A DNA stretch of 64,000 bases, taken from NCBI RefSeq assembly GCF_963921235.1, contig NC_086107.1, positions 100,194,001 to 100,258,000 on the forward strand. The letters run 5' to 3'. The DNA is from Mobula hypostoma (taxonomy: Eukaryota). Below are positions 13,169 to 25,096 of the stretch, in pieces (the first letter of the stretch is position 1; the number at the start of each line of letters is the position of its first letter). Below the pieces are notes generated by a model. The model searched no databases, was not told where the DNA came from, and worked only from the letters and a program-made list of their open reading frames with translations. The translations under genes and the position numbers were made by a program.

Positions 13169-13607
13169 CATATAATAATAAAAAATATTTTTTATATAAC
13201 ATAAATCACTAAGTAGATCTTTAATGAGGAAAAAAAATCAAAGACTTCATTCAACTGAACCTCTAACTTGATTACTAAACTAGTTTGTCCCACTTTATAT
13301 TCTACATGGTGCACTATTCGTGCAAATAGATTGTGCCTTGCCCTTATAACATCTTGCCTGGTGTGTGTATTAAATAGTACAGTGAAATGCAGCGTAAGAA
13401 TACCTCAGCTTAATTGCAAGCCCATAGTGGTGGCTGGAGCTGACAGACTGAGAAAATCTGTACACCACAAGGAAACATGAATCTTGCTTGTGAAGGATAC
13501 CTTTATGATGTGCATTTCAGCTTAATTTTAAATGTAAATTTATGCAAGTCACATGAATAGTTGTATATTAGCTAACAGCAAGAATATTTTTTGATTTAAT
13601 TAAATAG

Positions 13608-13696
13608 GAGCTTGCTGCAGCTGAGCGTGCCAAACGTCAGATACAACAGGAAAGAGATGAACTAGCTGAAGAGATTGCAAGCAACAGTTCTGGAAG
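13608..13696 (+). CDS. myh9: myh9 rod exon (~exon 36), 89 nt
   Basis: aatag|; [29 protein letters not shown](R); AG|GTATGC, phase 2. Confidence 0.95.
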
Positions 13697-13991
13697 GTAT
13701 GCACTTTTTTAAAATGAAGCTTTACTCTTTTACTTTTATTCTTTCTGTAGAATTAGTGTCGCTGACTCGGCCAACTTTCATTCCTCTTTCTCTAATTGCT
13801 CTTGAAAATATTAGCAAGATACTCACTCAGTCCTTTTATGGTAGGGAGTTCCGGAATCTTCATACTTACCCATCAAGATGGTTTGTTACTTGGGGGAACA
13901 GGTGGTAAAATTTCCACATACTTTTGTTTTTGCTCTTGATGGTTGGGGTGTGGATTTAGTAGGTGCTTTCAAATACAGAGCAGTAACATCA

Positions 13992-14063
13992 CTAGTGGAG
14001 GGTATAGGAGTCACATTCACCTGGTTTCTAGTGGAGGGTATAGGAGTCACATTCACCTGGTTT
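13992..14063. repeat. Perfect 36-bp tandem duplication
   Basis: ctagtggagggtataggagtcacattcacctggttt occurs twice in tandem. Confidence 0.95.
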
Positions 14064-15087
14064 CTTAAATTTGTTAAAGCTGCATTCCACTAAGCAAATG
14101 GAGATTATCACAATCTTGAGTTGGCTTACTGGATGCTAAACAAATGGAGAATTAGGTAGTGATCTTACCTCACTGACACTCTGTTGCTACTACTGTGGTT
14201 AATTGACTGCCCCAGTTAATTTTCTTATAATAGCTTCCCTCAACAACTGGAGTGTTGAATGTGAGATTTCCAGTAATCAGGACGTCTTCAAAAGGAGAGG
14301 GTAATTTAATTCTCTTAGAGTGGTCATTACCAGGTATTGGTGTGACATAACCGTCACTCTCTGCTTTTCAGACCAAATTTGAATTTTCTCCATGCCTTTT
14401 AATGTACATGTGGTATTTACTAGGTATTTCCTTGGTAACTTTCTCATTAGGATGAAAAGAGAGGAGCGGCTTTGAGTGATGGGTTAGAACTATGATTACT
14501 CTAAAAGATAGGATAATGGTGTCCTCTGGGACTAGTAAATCTGCAGTCTTTCAAGATACTGTCTTGATCTAAGTAGAACCTGGAGATGTAGACTTTATTT
14601 CAGGTTGTTGAAGTTTTCCTCTATTAGCAATCTTGATTATACAGATGCTAGTGTATTTCGTATGTGGTTTGAACATCTTGTATTTCGCAATGAACCCTTG
14701 CTAATCTATGTGTCATTGATCAAGGAATTTAGCATTTATTCACCTGTGAATGGCAGCAGACTCTCGTCTTTAGCTGCTTGGCTGTCATGGAAAGCCAGTG
14801 AGGCAAATGTAGCACATAAGCAGGAAAGCACAGGTAATTGCATTCACTTAAGTACTGCAACTTATCCTTGCATAACTCAAAAATAATTAAAAGTTCCATG
14901 CAGGTAGCTAGGATCAGGATTGAAAATTGATGTCCTGGACTAAGCATGAGTTAGTTTGTGAGGAAAATGATGAGTTTGGTTTACCTGGTGGACATTTTCT
15001 GAACAGGCTGTGTTTGTTCACTGAGCATGGAAACTTACTTTTGAAGGACTTTTTTAAACCAGTCGTGGGTTTTTTTTTAATATTTAG

Positions 15088-15211
15088 ATCTTTTGCTCTG
15101 GATGAGAAAAGACGTCTTGAGGCCAGGATTGCTCAGCTGGAAGAGGAGGTAGAAGAAGAGCAAAATAATGTTGAAATGGCTAATGATAGACTCAAGAAAG
15201 CCAACCTGCAG
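15088..15211 (+). CDS. myh9: myh9 rod exon (~exon 37), 124 nt
   Basis: tttag|; [20 protein letters not shown]...[19 protein letters not shown]. Confidence 0.96.
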
Positions 15212-16231
15212 GTGAGCTCCTCGCCACTTAGATGTGAATTCCAATGTGCATGTCAAGCTTTCAGTGCTGAAAATCGTAAATTTCTTTCATCAGACGTGAT
15301 GGAAGATTACCTCTCATTTGCTTAATCCATAAGAAATTTATTTAATTTGATTAATTATAATATGGGAATAAGTCAAGGAATGTTTGGCATGGTTTTAATA
15401 CATAGGTAGTTATGTACATAATCAGTAAGTATCGCCACATTAAATTTGCTATAATAATAGACTTCTGGTTATAGTGTGGAAGCGGGCTTATCAGCCCACC
15501 TAGTCCATACTGAACATCAGGCACTTTTTTTAAACCAGTGCTGTATAAATTCTATTCTTTGCCCATCCCCAGAATCTATTCCCACCCACATCATCCCCCC
15601 CCCCGCCACCCGATCCTACACACGGGGGTGGGGTGTGGAAATTAATGCAGCTTATTTCTGAGACGAAGGAAGAAGTTGGAACGTCTGGATGGAAACCCCT
15701 GCAGTCACGAGGGGTGGGGGAGGGAAGGGGTGTCATCTCCACAAGACAGTGCCAGGTCCCTGGAGCTGTTAGGCACCTTTCCATATGCCACTGTGCCATC
15801 ACAAATTCATTCTCTTCGTTGTGAATTGAGCTTGATTTTACTCTACCTCATAACTTGCAATGAGTTCCCAGAATGTCTGAACTTCAGATTAATTCACTAA
15901 TGTAAAAAATTTATTTATGCTGAGTAGCACTTCACTTTATAGTTGTGTATGGATTGCACAGTCAAGCAGGCACGGTAAAACTCAGTGCTAAAAAAATTTG
16001 CAATCTTTGTGTTTACCATTGTATTTTTTTTAAATAATAAAGACTTCTGTTGAGAATTAGATAATGTGGTGTCCTGTAAATTCTGGTGCACTGAAACAAT
16101 GTAGTTGAAGTTTCCCTATATTATGGATATATATTTGTGGAAATAGTTCACAAATTCTGTTGTGAAGGTTAGTCAAAGAAGCTGTACTTAAAGCTAAAAT
16201 TATTTTATTCTCCTATTAATTTGTTGAACAG

Positions 16232-16440
16232 GTTGATCAATTAAATGCAGATCTGTCTGCTGAACGCAGCAATGCCCAGAAGGCAGAAAATGCTCGCCAG
16301 CAAGTTGATCGTCAGAACAAGGAGCTGAAAGCCAAGTTGCAGGAGATGGAAAATGCTGTCAGATCCAAGTACAAGGCAAACCTTACAGCACTGGAGGCGA
16401 AGGTCACTCAGTTAGAGGAACAACTTGATGCAGAAACAAG
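16232..16440 (+). CDS. myh9: myh9 rod exon (~exon 38), 209 nt
   Basis: aacag|; [24 protein letters not shown]...[14 protein letters not shown]...LEEQLDAET(R); AG|GTACAA. Confidence 0.96.
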
Positions 16441-16949
16441 GTACAAAAAATTATGTCTTTTTTTTAAAGTAAGTGAAATATTTGAAGGTAAATAAAGCCC
16501 ATAATCTAGTCCAACTACAGATAGCCTCAGTCTACAAGATGGTGTTGAGAAAATGTTGATCTTATTGTAGTAGAGCAAGTTTAACATAGTTGTGGAAATG
16601 GGTGAAGGTTTTAAAGGCAAGAATTGATTTAGCAAAAGTAGACTAGAAACAGCGATTTCTGTACTTCAGAATTCTTACAGCAAGAAGCATCTAAAAAACA
16701 AGATTCGGCAGTTTCAAGGTAACAAAGGGGCAAGAGTCCTGCCAGACCGCGAACCTCTGAATAAAGAGGTTGCAGGAGGGTAGGATGGGGTAAAAGAAAA
16801 TTGCTTGAAATGCCAGAGTTTTACAGAAAGCCTAGCAAATAGAAAATGTAGTGAAATTAAAAGAGAAATTGGGAAAATACAGAGACAATATGAAAAATTG
16901 CAAAGAGAATAACTTGGGAATGAGTTGGGCCTACAGGGTCTTTTAAGAT

Positions 16950-18510
16950 AACCTATATGGAAATTGAAGATAGTTATAAATGAAATTATATAGCCATCTT
17001 AACAGTAAGAGGGGGATGATGGCAATATTGTAGTTAAGGAGGACCAGTGGACTATTGGATGCTGTAACATTTGTAAAGGTGGATAAATCGTCAGACCCAA
17101 TTAAATGGGCTGTCAATGGAAACAGAAGGGAATTGTGGAGATTCTGACCATCATTCCTAAAGTTCAGAAGGATTAAGAAACGGTGATTAACACAACTGCT
17201 AATATTGTGCTTGACATAAATTAATTGAGGACATTTAGCAGAGATTTGTTATGGGAATGTTGTATCTAACTAATGATTGCATTTTTTTAAGAGCCAACGA
17301 GAAGGGTCTATGCGGGTAGTGTGTTAAATGTAGTCTACGTGAATTTCAGCAAGCCATTTGACAAGGTCCTACATAGGAAACTGGTCAGAAAAAAATGCCT
17401 GTAAGATCAAAGGGAATAAATAAGTGGGTTGGATCTGAAGTTAATGGTAGTGGTTGGTGGGAACTAATACTTAGTCCTTTGCTCTTTTTTGTAATGTTAA
17501 GATTTAAATTGGAAGCATTATGAAAGCTTGCAGATGGTACAAGAAATAGCCAGATAGTTGACAGTAAAATGAAAAGCTTTAGATGCAGAAAGATGAGAAT
17601 TTATTATTGTCATGTATCAAGGTACAGTGAAAAATTGTTTTGCATGCTTTCCATCTAAATCAATTTCATTACAATAGTGCGATGAGATAGTACCACGAGT
17701 TGCATTCATGTTAGATGTGTGGTATGTTGAGCAAAAAAAGGAAGGTGAAATTGAATCCAGAGAGGTTTGAAATGGTGAATTGGGCAAGTGAAACAAGGTA
17801 AAGGAGTATATGATAGACAGGATATTCAATGGTAAAATAAACTTGGCCTGAATGCTCACGAATTCATAAGCATAATACTGGTCAACATGTACAGTAGGTT
17901 GAAAAAAACTTTATGGGATTATTTCCTTCATTATTCAAAGCATAAAATATAACAGCAGAGAGGTTATGCTGGAGCTGTGTACAATGTTAGACCACATCTT
18001 GAGCACTGTGTCCAATTCTCATCACCAATCTCACAGAGAGGATGTGATTGTCTGGAGTGTGCAGAGGAGGTTTTCAGCAGTGTCAGGATTGGAAAATAGT
18101 TGCTATAATAAAGGTTGAATAGGTTAGGACTTTGTTCCCTGGAGCATAGGACAATGAATGAAGCTTTGATAGAGGTGTACAAAATTATGAGCAGGGTAAT
18201 CACAAGCAGGCTTTTTCCATTGAGTTTGGGTGAGACTAGAACTAGAGGTCATAGGTTAATGTTGAAAGGTGAAATACTGAATGTGATCTACTCCATTCAG
18301 AGGGTGGTGTGCGTGTGAAATGAACTGCAGGCGGAAGTGGTTGTAACACTAAAGTTTTGATAAATACATGGATTGGTGGGCTATGGTCCAGGTGTGGGTC
18401 GATGGGACTACGCAGAAAAACAATTTGGCACAAGTAGATGGGATGAATAACAGTTGGGCACAATTTAGGTGGGCCGCAGGACCAGTTTCTGTGCTGTAGT
18501 ACTCTGACTC
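16950..18510 (+). mobile_element. Degraded CR1-type LINE fragments
   Basis: gaatttcagcaagccatttgacaaggtcc (FSKPFDKV RT-like motif); LNRLGLCSLEHR...LIEVYKIM C-terminal CR1 motif; boundaries approximate. Confidence 0.7.
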
Positions 18511-19316
18511 TAAGGAAAGAATGGAATATAGGCTCTTCTAATTTGAAATTGAGGTTCAGGTGAGATTTAACTAAGGTGTATAAAATTTGAGGGAGTCTAG
18601 ATAACATATAAAAGCAACCACATCAGAGGGCAATGACTTAGAGTAATAGCCAGAAAGATTAAACTGGAGATGAAGTTTTTCATCCAGAAAATAGTCAGGG
18701 TTTGGAGCTCTCTCTGTTAAAGGTGTTATAGACAGAAATCACCATCGCATTCTAAAATTGTGTGCTGTCACTGTGGAGCAGATCCATGTAGTGTAGAAAG
18801 GTCCTTGGTTTAATATCTATTAGTTAACATAGCTGGGTTAGAATTTGGCCATTACTAAGAGTGAGAAAGACATTATTAACAGGCAATGCACCTTTGATTG
18901 TTCTGAGTCAATGAACTCAAAGCAGTGGCTCAAGAGGGTTGAGATTAATTTTAGGAGAGTTGATAGTTGAGGGAACTGTCAGATAAGCCATGGGATCTGA
19001 CGCATTGCAGCACAGATTATCGTATCGGATGTGCAACAGGTTTAAGGGACTGTACAGCCTCCAGTGTAATTTTTTTTCGGTAACTCTGGGGAATTTTCAG
19101 TGACTCCACACTTAGGTAGAAATCAGCTGGGTTTACTTATTACATTCCAAAAATCTGTAGCCTTTTTTTGTTGCCAGGACTTGCGAGCATTATCCTTGTT
19201 TGAAGTGCAAGGGTTGTTGGTATCTGTTGATCTTGTAGGGCAATCACCTTGTTTGGGGAGTGGGGTTTGGGATGAACACGAATTGTAAATTAACATTCGT
19301 AATTTTGTCCAAACAG

Positions 19317-19425
19317 GGATAGACAAGCTGCCAGTAAACTGCTGCGTCGCTCAGAAAAGAAACTGAAAGAAGCTTTGCTGCAGATCGAAGATGAAAGACG
19401 CAATTCTGATCAATACAAAGACCAG
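19317..19425 (+). CDS. myh9: myh9 rod exon (~exon 39), 109 nt
   Basis: aacag|; [45 protein letters not shown]. Confidence 0.96.
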
Positions 19426-20576
19426 GTCAGTTGTAAATTTTAGTGTCCCTATTAAGCAGAGTACAAGTGAACTTGTTCACCTCAGTCTCTTCGTGGCAGA
19501 GATGTGTTGTTAACCTCCAAAGATGGCTATTGCATAACTCTGCCTTGTCTCCTCTCTCCAGGATAGTGATGGTCTGAATTATTGAAAAGCCATTGTGGCT
19601 GCCTGTGGGTGGGGTATTGGTTTCTGTCACATGGAACTTAATTGTCATTAGCAGGAGTGCCACAGCAAGGATGCAAGAAGCCACCTGGCCACTAAAGGTT
19701 ATTCCATTGAGACAGTTGGCAATGGGGAGAGGGGTGGGAGTTAAGGTACAGGTCAGGGACAGCAAAACATTCTGGTTTAATGCTGCCTTTGGACTTGCAA
19801 GGCATTTCTGCTTAACCAATTCTGTTGGACTTTGAAGAATGTTTTCAAACTTCTGAGGTGAAAGTTTAAGATGATACAGCTGTTTTAGGTGAGACACTGA
19901 CACTGATTTGTTAACCAAGGATGGCTCTGGGCAAAGGTAATTGTACTTGGCTGGGTGATGTGTGTAGCCAGTGATGTCAAAGGCAACCATTGGGTTGAAT
20001 TGGATGAGGTGTGATAGTTTCTATTATCACTTTCATGGCATTGTTTTCCATTTTATTGCCATAGGGTCTGAATCTCATGCATTTTTCACATTCAGATATT
20101 CTGGAGAGGAAAAAGGGAAAGTAGGCTGCATATGAGGTGTTAGTGTCCAGGTCCAAGGGTGTGAATGAAAAGTAACTTGGATATGGGCCAGGAACGAAGG
20201 AGAAGTAAGTGTTAATAATATAGTCAGGAGAGGGTTATATGGTCTGTTGTAGAGGTTTTTATCAGCACAGCAAGCAGGCATTCGGTAGAGGCTCACAAGC
20301 CCAAAGTACGTCACATTTTTTATACCCTTAAGATCAAAGGTAACAGTTGATACAGTACAGTTTCAATAGATGCAATATCATTTCCTTCAGTGTTTTGGGT
20401 TGATAATGCTTCCTTTGAATTACATATCTACACTGACAAACACCTCAGAATGATCAAATACCTTTGTCACAAAGTAATTCACACAAAGTCTATTAAAACT
20501 TCAAGGGCAGAAATCCCAGATGCCCAAAATTAATGTCAGGGCTGCTGCTGAGTACAGAAAAACTATTGATTTCATA

Positions 20577-20780
20577 GCAACATACACAAAATGTTGGAGG
20601 AACTCAGGAGGCTAGGCAGCATCTATGGGGGGAAAAAGTACAGTTGATGTTTTGGGCCGAGACCCTTCGGTCCAGCAGCTTGTACTTTTATCCGTAGATA
20701 CTGCCTGGCCTACCGAGTTCCTCCAACATTTTGTGCGTATTGTTTGTATTTCCACCTTCTGCAGATTTTCTCTTGTTTGC
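20577..20780. mobile_element. Miniature fold-back Penelope-like insertion with a 14-bp TSD
   Basis: Inverted element termini; ctattgatttcata at 20563-20576 and 20780-20793. Confidence 0.8.
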
Positions 20781-21085
20781 TATTGATTTCATATATTTGC
20801 GACATTGTTTAATATGCTAAGTGACAACATCCATCTGGTCTGCTAGCTTGAACTCAGTCACAATAGTGCAAATAACTATGTCCATGTTGCCTGCTTTGAT
20901 GCAAGTCCATTAACACAATCCCATTGTTTTAATGTTTGGCTCTTTCGTATGCAATATGTCTTCAGAGCAGCTTCTGCTTTTATTTCAGTGTACAAGGAAA
21001 ACTGAAGGCTAATTGCAAGCTTCCTGAACTTATTTACATTACATTAAGAACTGAAGCCAAATTCTTGTTTGAATTAATCTTTGCT

Positions 21086-22000
21086 AAATTCAAGCAACAC
21101 ACACACAAAATGCTGGTGGAACGAGCAGGCCAGGCAGCATCTATAGGAAGAAGTCGAGTTGACGTTTCGGGCCGAGACCCTTCATCAGGACTAACTGAAA
21201 GAAGAGATAGTAAGAGATTTGAAAGTGGGAGGGGGAGATCTGAAATGATAGGAGAAGACAGGAGGGGGAGGGATGGAGCCAAGAGCTGGACAGGTGATAG
21301 GCAAAAGGGATATGAGAGGATCATGGGACAGGAGGCCTAGGGAGAAAGAAAGGGGGGAGGGGGAACCCAGAGGAAGATGGAGTGCAGGCAAGGAGTTATT
21401 GTGAGAGGGACACAGAGAGAAAAAGAGGAAAAAAAGGGGGGGGGGAAATAACTAAATAAAGGATGGGGTAAGAAGGGGGGAGGGGCATTAACGGAAGTTA
21501 GAGAAATCAGTGTTCGTGCCATCAGTTTGGAGGTATTCTGTCTGGGTAGCCTCCAGCCTGATGGCATGAACATTGATTTCTCTAACTCCTGTTAATGCCC
21601 CTCCTCCCCTTTTTACCCCATCCATTATTTATTATTCTTTCCTTTTTTCTCTTTTTTTTCTCTCTGTGTCCCTCTCACAATAACTGCTTGCCTGCTGTCC
21701 ATCTTCCTCTGGTGCTCTCTCCCACTTTCTTTCTCCCTAGGCCTCCTGTCCCATGATCTTCTCCCTTCTCCAGCCTTCTATCCCTTTTGCCAATCAACTT
21801 TCTGGCTCTTAGCTCTATCCCTCCCCCTCCCACTTTCAAATCTCTTACTATCTCTTCTTTCAGTTAGTTCTGACGAAGGGTCTTGGCCCAAAATGTCATC
21901 TGTACTTTTTCCTATAGATGCTGCCCGGCCTGCTGCGTTCCACCAGCATTTTGTGTGTGTTGCTTGAATTTCCAGCATCTGCAGATTTCCTCGTGTTTGC
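21086..22000. mobile_element. Penelope-like insertion with inverted pseudo-LTRs (~900 bp palindrome)
   Basis: Arm 21086-21533 is the reverse complement of 21550-21971; the centre encodes FCLGSLQPDGMNIDFSN; direct repeat tttgctaaattca at 21080-21092 and 21996-22008. Confidence 0.85.
21157..21192 (-). ncRNA. Minimal type-I hammerhead ribozyme motif (Penelope-associated), catalytic core intact
   Basis: Minus strand reads AGUC-CUGAUGA-AGGGUCUCGGCCC-GAAAC-GUC-AACU; one helix-I mismatch. Confidence 0.7.
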
Positions 22001-22887
22001 TAAATTCACATAGCTCCACTGTACTTGCTAACATGATTCAGCAATTTAGTTATAATGGAATAAGGCTTGCCTTAATATGAGCTCAGAACAAATTAGATGG
22101 AGTGAGCCTGATAAAATGAGTGTTGACAAATAAGGCGACAAAATTCAAGGAAATTTCACCCATTGGCCTAGTGGGGTGGGGGGGGGGGGGGAGTAAATGG
22201 TAAAGGCACCCTGTATGTTTGGGCCAACCATTTAGCAGTCTCACTTTGGTGATGATTGAGCAGGCACAGGAAGGTAGTTCAATGAAAACAGACCTGATAC
22301 TTTAAACTGACACTGTCTAGTCACTGAAGTGAATAAACTCACATGACTTCTGTTTATCCTTCAAACATTATTGCTGAAATAATTTACTTGATCGTTATCT
22401 TAGTGCCATTTGTGAAATCAGCACTCAACTATCCGCAAACTCTGCTACCATTTCTCCTCCATTGCAATAATTTTCTGTTAAAGAAATGCTGAGCTGTGAA
22501 GTCTTCTGGATTGTGGAAGCTTCTATGTAAATTTTTCTATTTCTCTAATCTCATTAACCTCCACCCAAAAGTAAATGGCATTTATGAAGCAATCTCGAAT
22601 TGATGCACAAAGCTGAGGTGAAGACCGGAATTTTATCAAAGCGGTGACTCTTTAGGAGCATTTTAAAGAAAGGGGCTATGAAAGATTTTGAGAAATTTAG
22701 TGGGTGCAGGCTGAAGATTGAGATGTTGGTGATGATGTCTTGGGCGAAAAAATAAAAGCAGTGGATAATACATTCATTTGCATCCTGTTAAACTAGGTTT
22801 AATTGTCTCTTTTGAAAGTAAACCAGACTATGGAAAACTATTGTTGGGTACAGGAATAACAATTATTTTGTTACCTTTATCTTCTAG

Positions 22888-23060
22888 GTTGAGAAAGCCA
22901 ATTCCCGTGTGAAGCAGCTGAAACGGCAACTGGAGGAGGCAGAAGAGGAAGCCCAGCGTGCCAATGCTTCCCGCAGAAAACTACAGCGAGAGCTAGAGGA
23001 TACTACTGAAACTGCAGATGCAATGACCCGTGAGGTCAGCACGCTGAAGAGCAAGCTGAG
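22888..23060 (+). CDS. myh9: myh9 rod exon (~exon 40), 173 nt
   Basis: ttctag|; [38 protein letters not shown]...[10 protein letters not shown](R); AG|GTAAGA. Confidence 0.97.
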
Positions 23061-23994
23061 GTAAGAGGGTGCTTTATCCAGAAAGAATTCACTGTGGAGA
23101 TCATAAAACGTTACTGGGAATGGGCGAAGATTTTAAAACTCGCAAAGTTTAATAAATGTAATTATTACATTTATGAAATGTAACATAAATCTGATGGGGA
23201 ACTCCAGACTGAGAAGGTACTCTAAGAATACATGAAATCAAGTCATCATTATAGTGACATTGTTTACTATGTTTCTTAAACCATCTTTCAAGTCTCCATG
23301 CAACATAATTTCAAAGAAAGGAGAATTAAGTCATGGTTTGCAGAATAAAGACTTTCTGGATTTCATTGGCTGTCTATGTATTTGATAAACTGAAGCACTC
23401 CCAAATGGAGAGAATTGGGTTAGCAAACCTCTCTCATAAAACCCACAAGGTTTACTGGTTTTGGTCAGGATTGAATCCTCTCTCCAGTTTGGGTGCAATT
23501 TATATAAATATGGCTTGTATGGCCTTGGTTGGCTCTGATCCAATAAAGATAATTAAAATAATTAAGGGATTAGGGGATTATATCCCAGTGATGGGATCCA
23601 TAATGAAGTGCTGTTTTAGAGTTGGACCATGCCTCAGTAAAATTTTGAAGCAATCATGAGATGCTGGAAATGCAGCAACACACACAAATGCTGGGGGAGT
23701 TCAGCAAACCAGGCGGCATCTAGGAAAGTACAATCAACGTTTCAGGCCGTGATCCTTCAGCAAGACAGCTGACTTTCAGAATGTAGGCAGGCAGTTCAAA
23801 GGCTGTGAGTGGTGGAGATGGTCAGATTTGCATATCAAAAGGTGATAAATTGAAGTGAATATGTGGGGCTCAAGTACCAAATGATTGTAATCTAATTGAA
23901 CAATCGAGATTTAAAGCTAAATTGACATTAACTAAATCATAAGGCTTTTAGCCCACTTAAATCCCACAATTAATAAACTGCAAGAAAACATGGA

Positions 23995-24740
23995 AACTAT
24001 CATCCCCTCAAAGCTTATCAGAAAGCTTCAAGACCTTGGCCTCAATACCCCCTTGTTCAATTAGATCTTCGATTTCCTCACCTGCAGACTGCAGTCATTT
24101 TGGATTGACAACAGCATCTCCTCCATAATCTCCATCAGCACAGGTGCACCACAAGGCTCTGTGTTTAGACCCCTGCTCTGCTTTATTTATATTTATGACT
24201 GTGATGCTAAGCACAGCTCTAATGCCATATTCAAGTTTGCTGACAACACCACTGTCATTGGCCGAATCAAATGGGTAATGAATGACCATACTGGAGAAAG
24301 ATTGAAAATCTGGCTGAGTGTTGCCACAACAGCAACAGCTCCTCACTCAATGTCGGCAAGACCAAGCAGCTGATTATTGACTTCAGGAGGAGGAAATGAG
24401 GTCTATGAGCCAGTCCACATTGGGGGAATCGGAGGCGGAGGGGGGCAGCAACTTTAACTCCTCAGTGTTAAAAATTCTGAGATCTTATCCTGAACCCACC
24501 ACCTATGGACTCACTTTCAAGGACTCTTCATCTCATGTTCTCCATATTTGTTTATTTTTATTTTGTTTGCACCGTTTGTCACAAAAGCACATTAGATGTT
24601 TGTTCAACCTGATAGCTGCGGTCTTTCACTGATTCTACTGTTTCTTGGATTTACTGAGAATGCCTGCAAAAAATGTATCTCAGGGTTGTATATGGTGACG
24701 TATTTGTACTTTGATCATAAATTTACTTTGAACTTTGAAT
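23995..24740 (+). mobile_element. Rex1/L2-like LINE reverse transcriptase fragment
   Basis: STGAPQG..PLL...KFADNTTVIGRI (degenerate FADD motif); (TTTGAAC)n-like tail. Confidence 0.75.
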
Positions 24741-24984
24741 TTTGAAAATAATTGAAGGCAGGTTAGTCAAATCAATTGTATTTTTAGAATCTGCTTTTGA
24801 CTTCAGTCCATGTTATAGGTAAAAATATTTTGCTGGTTCTAAGGATACTTTAATGTTTCTTGTTGAGTGCTCTTAACTCTCATGGAGGTGAAAGAACTGA
24901 TTGTTAAAAATCCATTTTCCATTCCCCATCTCTGAAATCAATTGGTATAAACTCTGAAATTTTGTTTGATCTGTTTCCTTGTAG

Positions 24985-25096
24985 ACGCGGGGAACTACCA
25001 TTTGGTGTGCGCCGCACGGGCAGGAAGCTGGATGAAATCTCAGATGATGACGGTGAAGGTCGCACTGATCCAGGAGATTCCAAACCTGCAGAGTAA
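24985..25096 (+). CDS. myh9: myh9 last coding exon (non-helical tailpiece), stop TAA at 25094-25096
   Basis: ttgtag|; RGELPFGVRRTGRKLDEISDDDGEGRTDPGDSKPAE*. It resembles the human MYH9 tail (RGDLPFVVPRR...GSDEEVDG...AKPAE*), which distinguishes it from MYH10, MYH11 and MYH14. Confidence 0.93.

Noticed and set aside
19427..19990. 187-aa antisense ORF
   Set aside because: No recognisable domain or codon signal; antisense within a myh9 intron; likely a chance ORF
1..25096. Assignment to MYH10, MYH11 or MYH14
   Set aside because: The tailpiece (RGELPF...KPAE*) and rod residues ([21 protein letters not shown]) best match MYH9; a gene tree would confirm this
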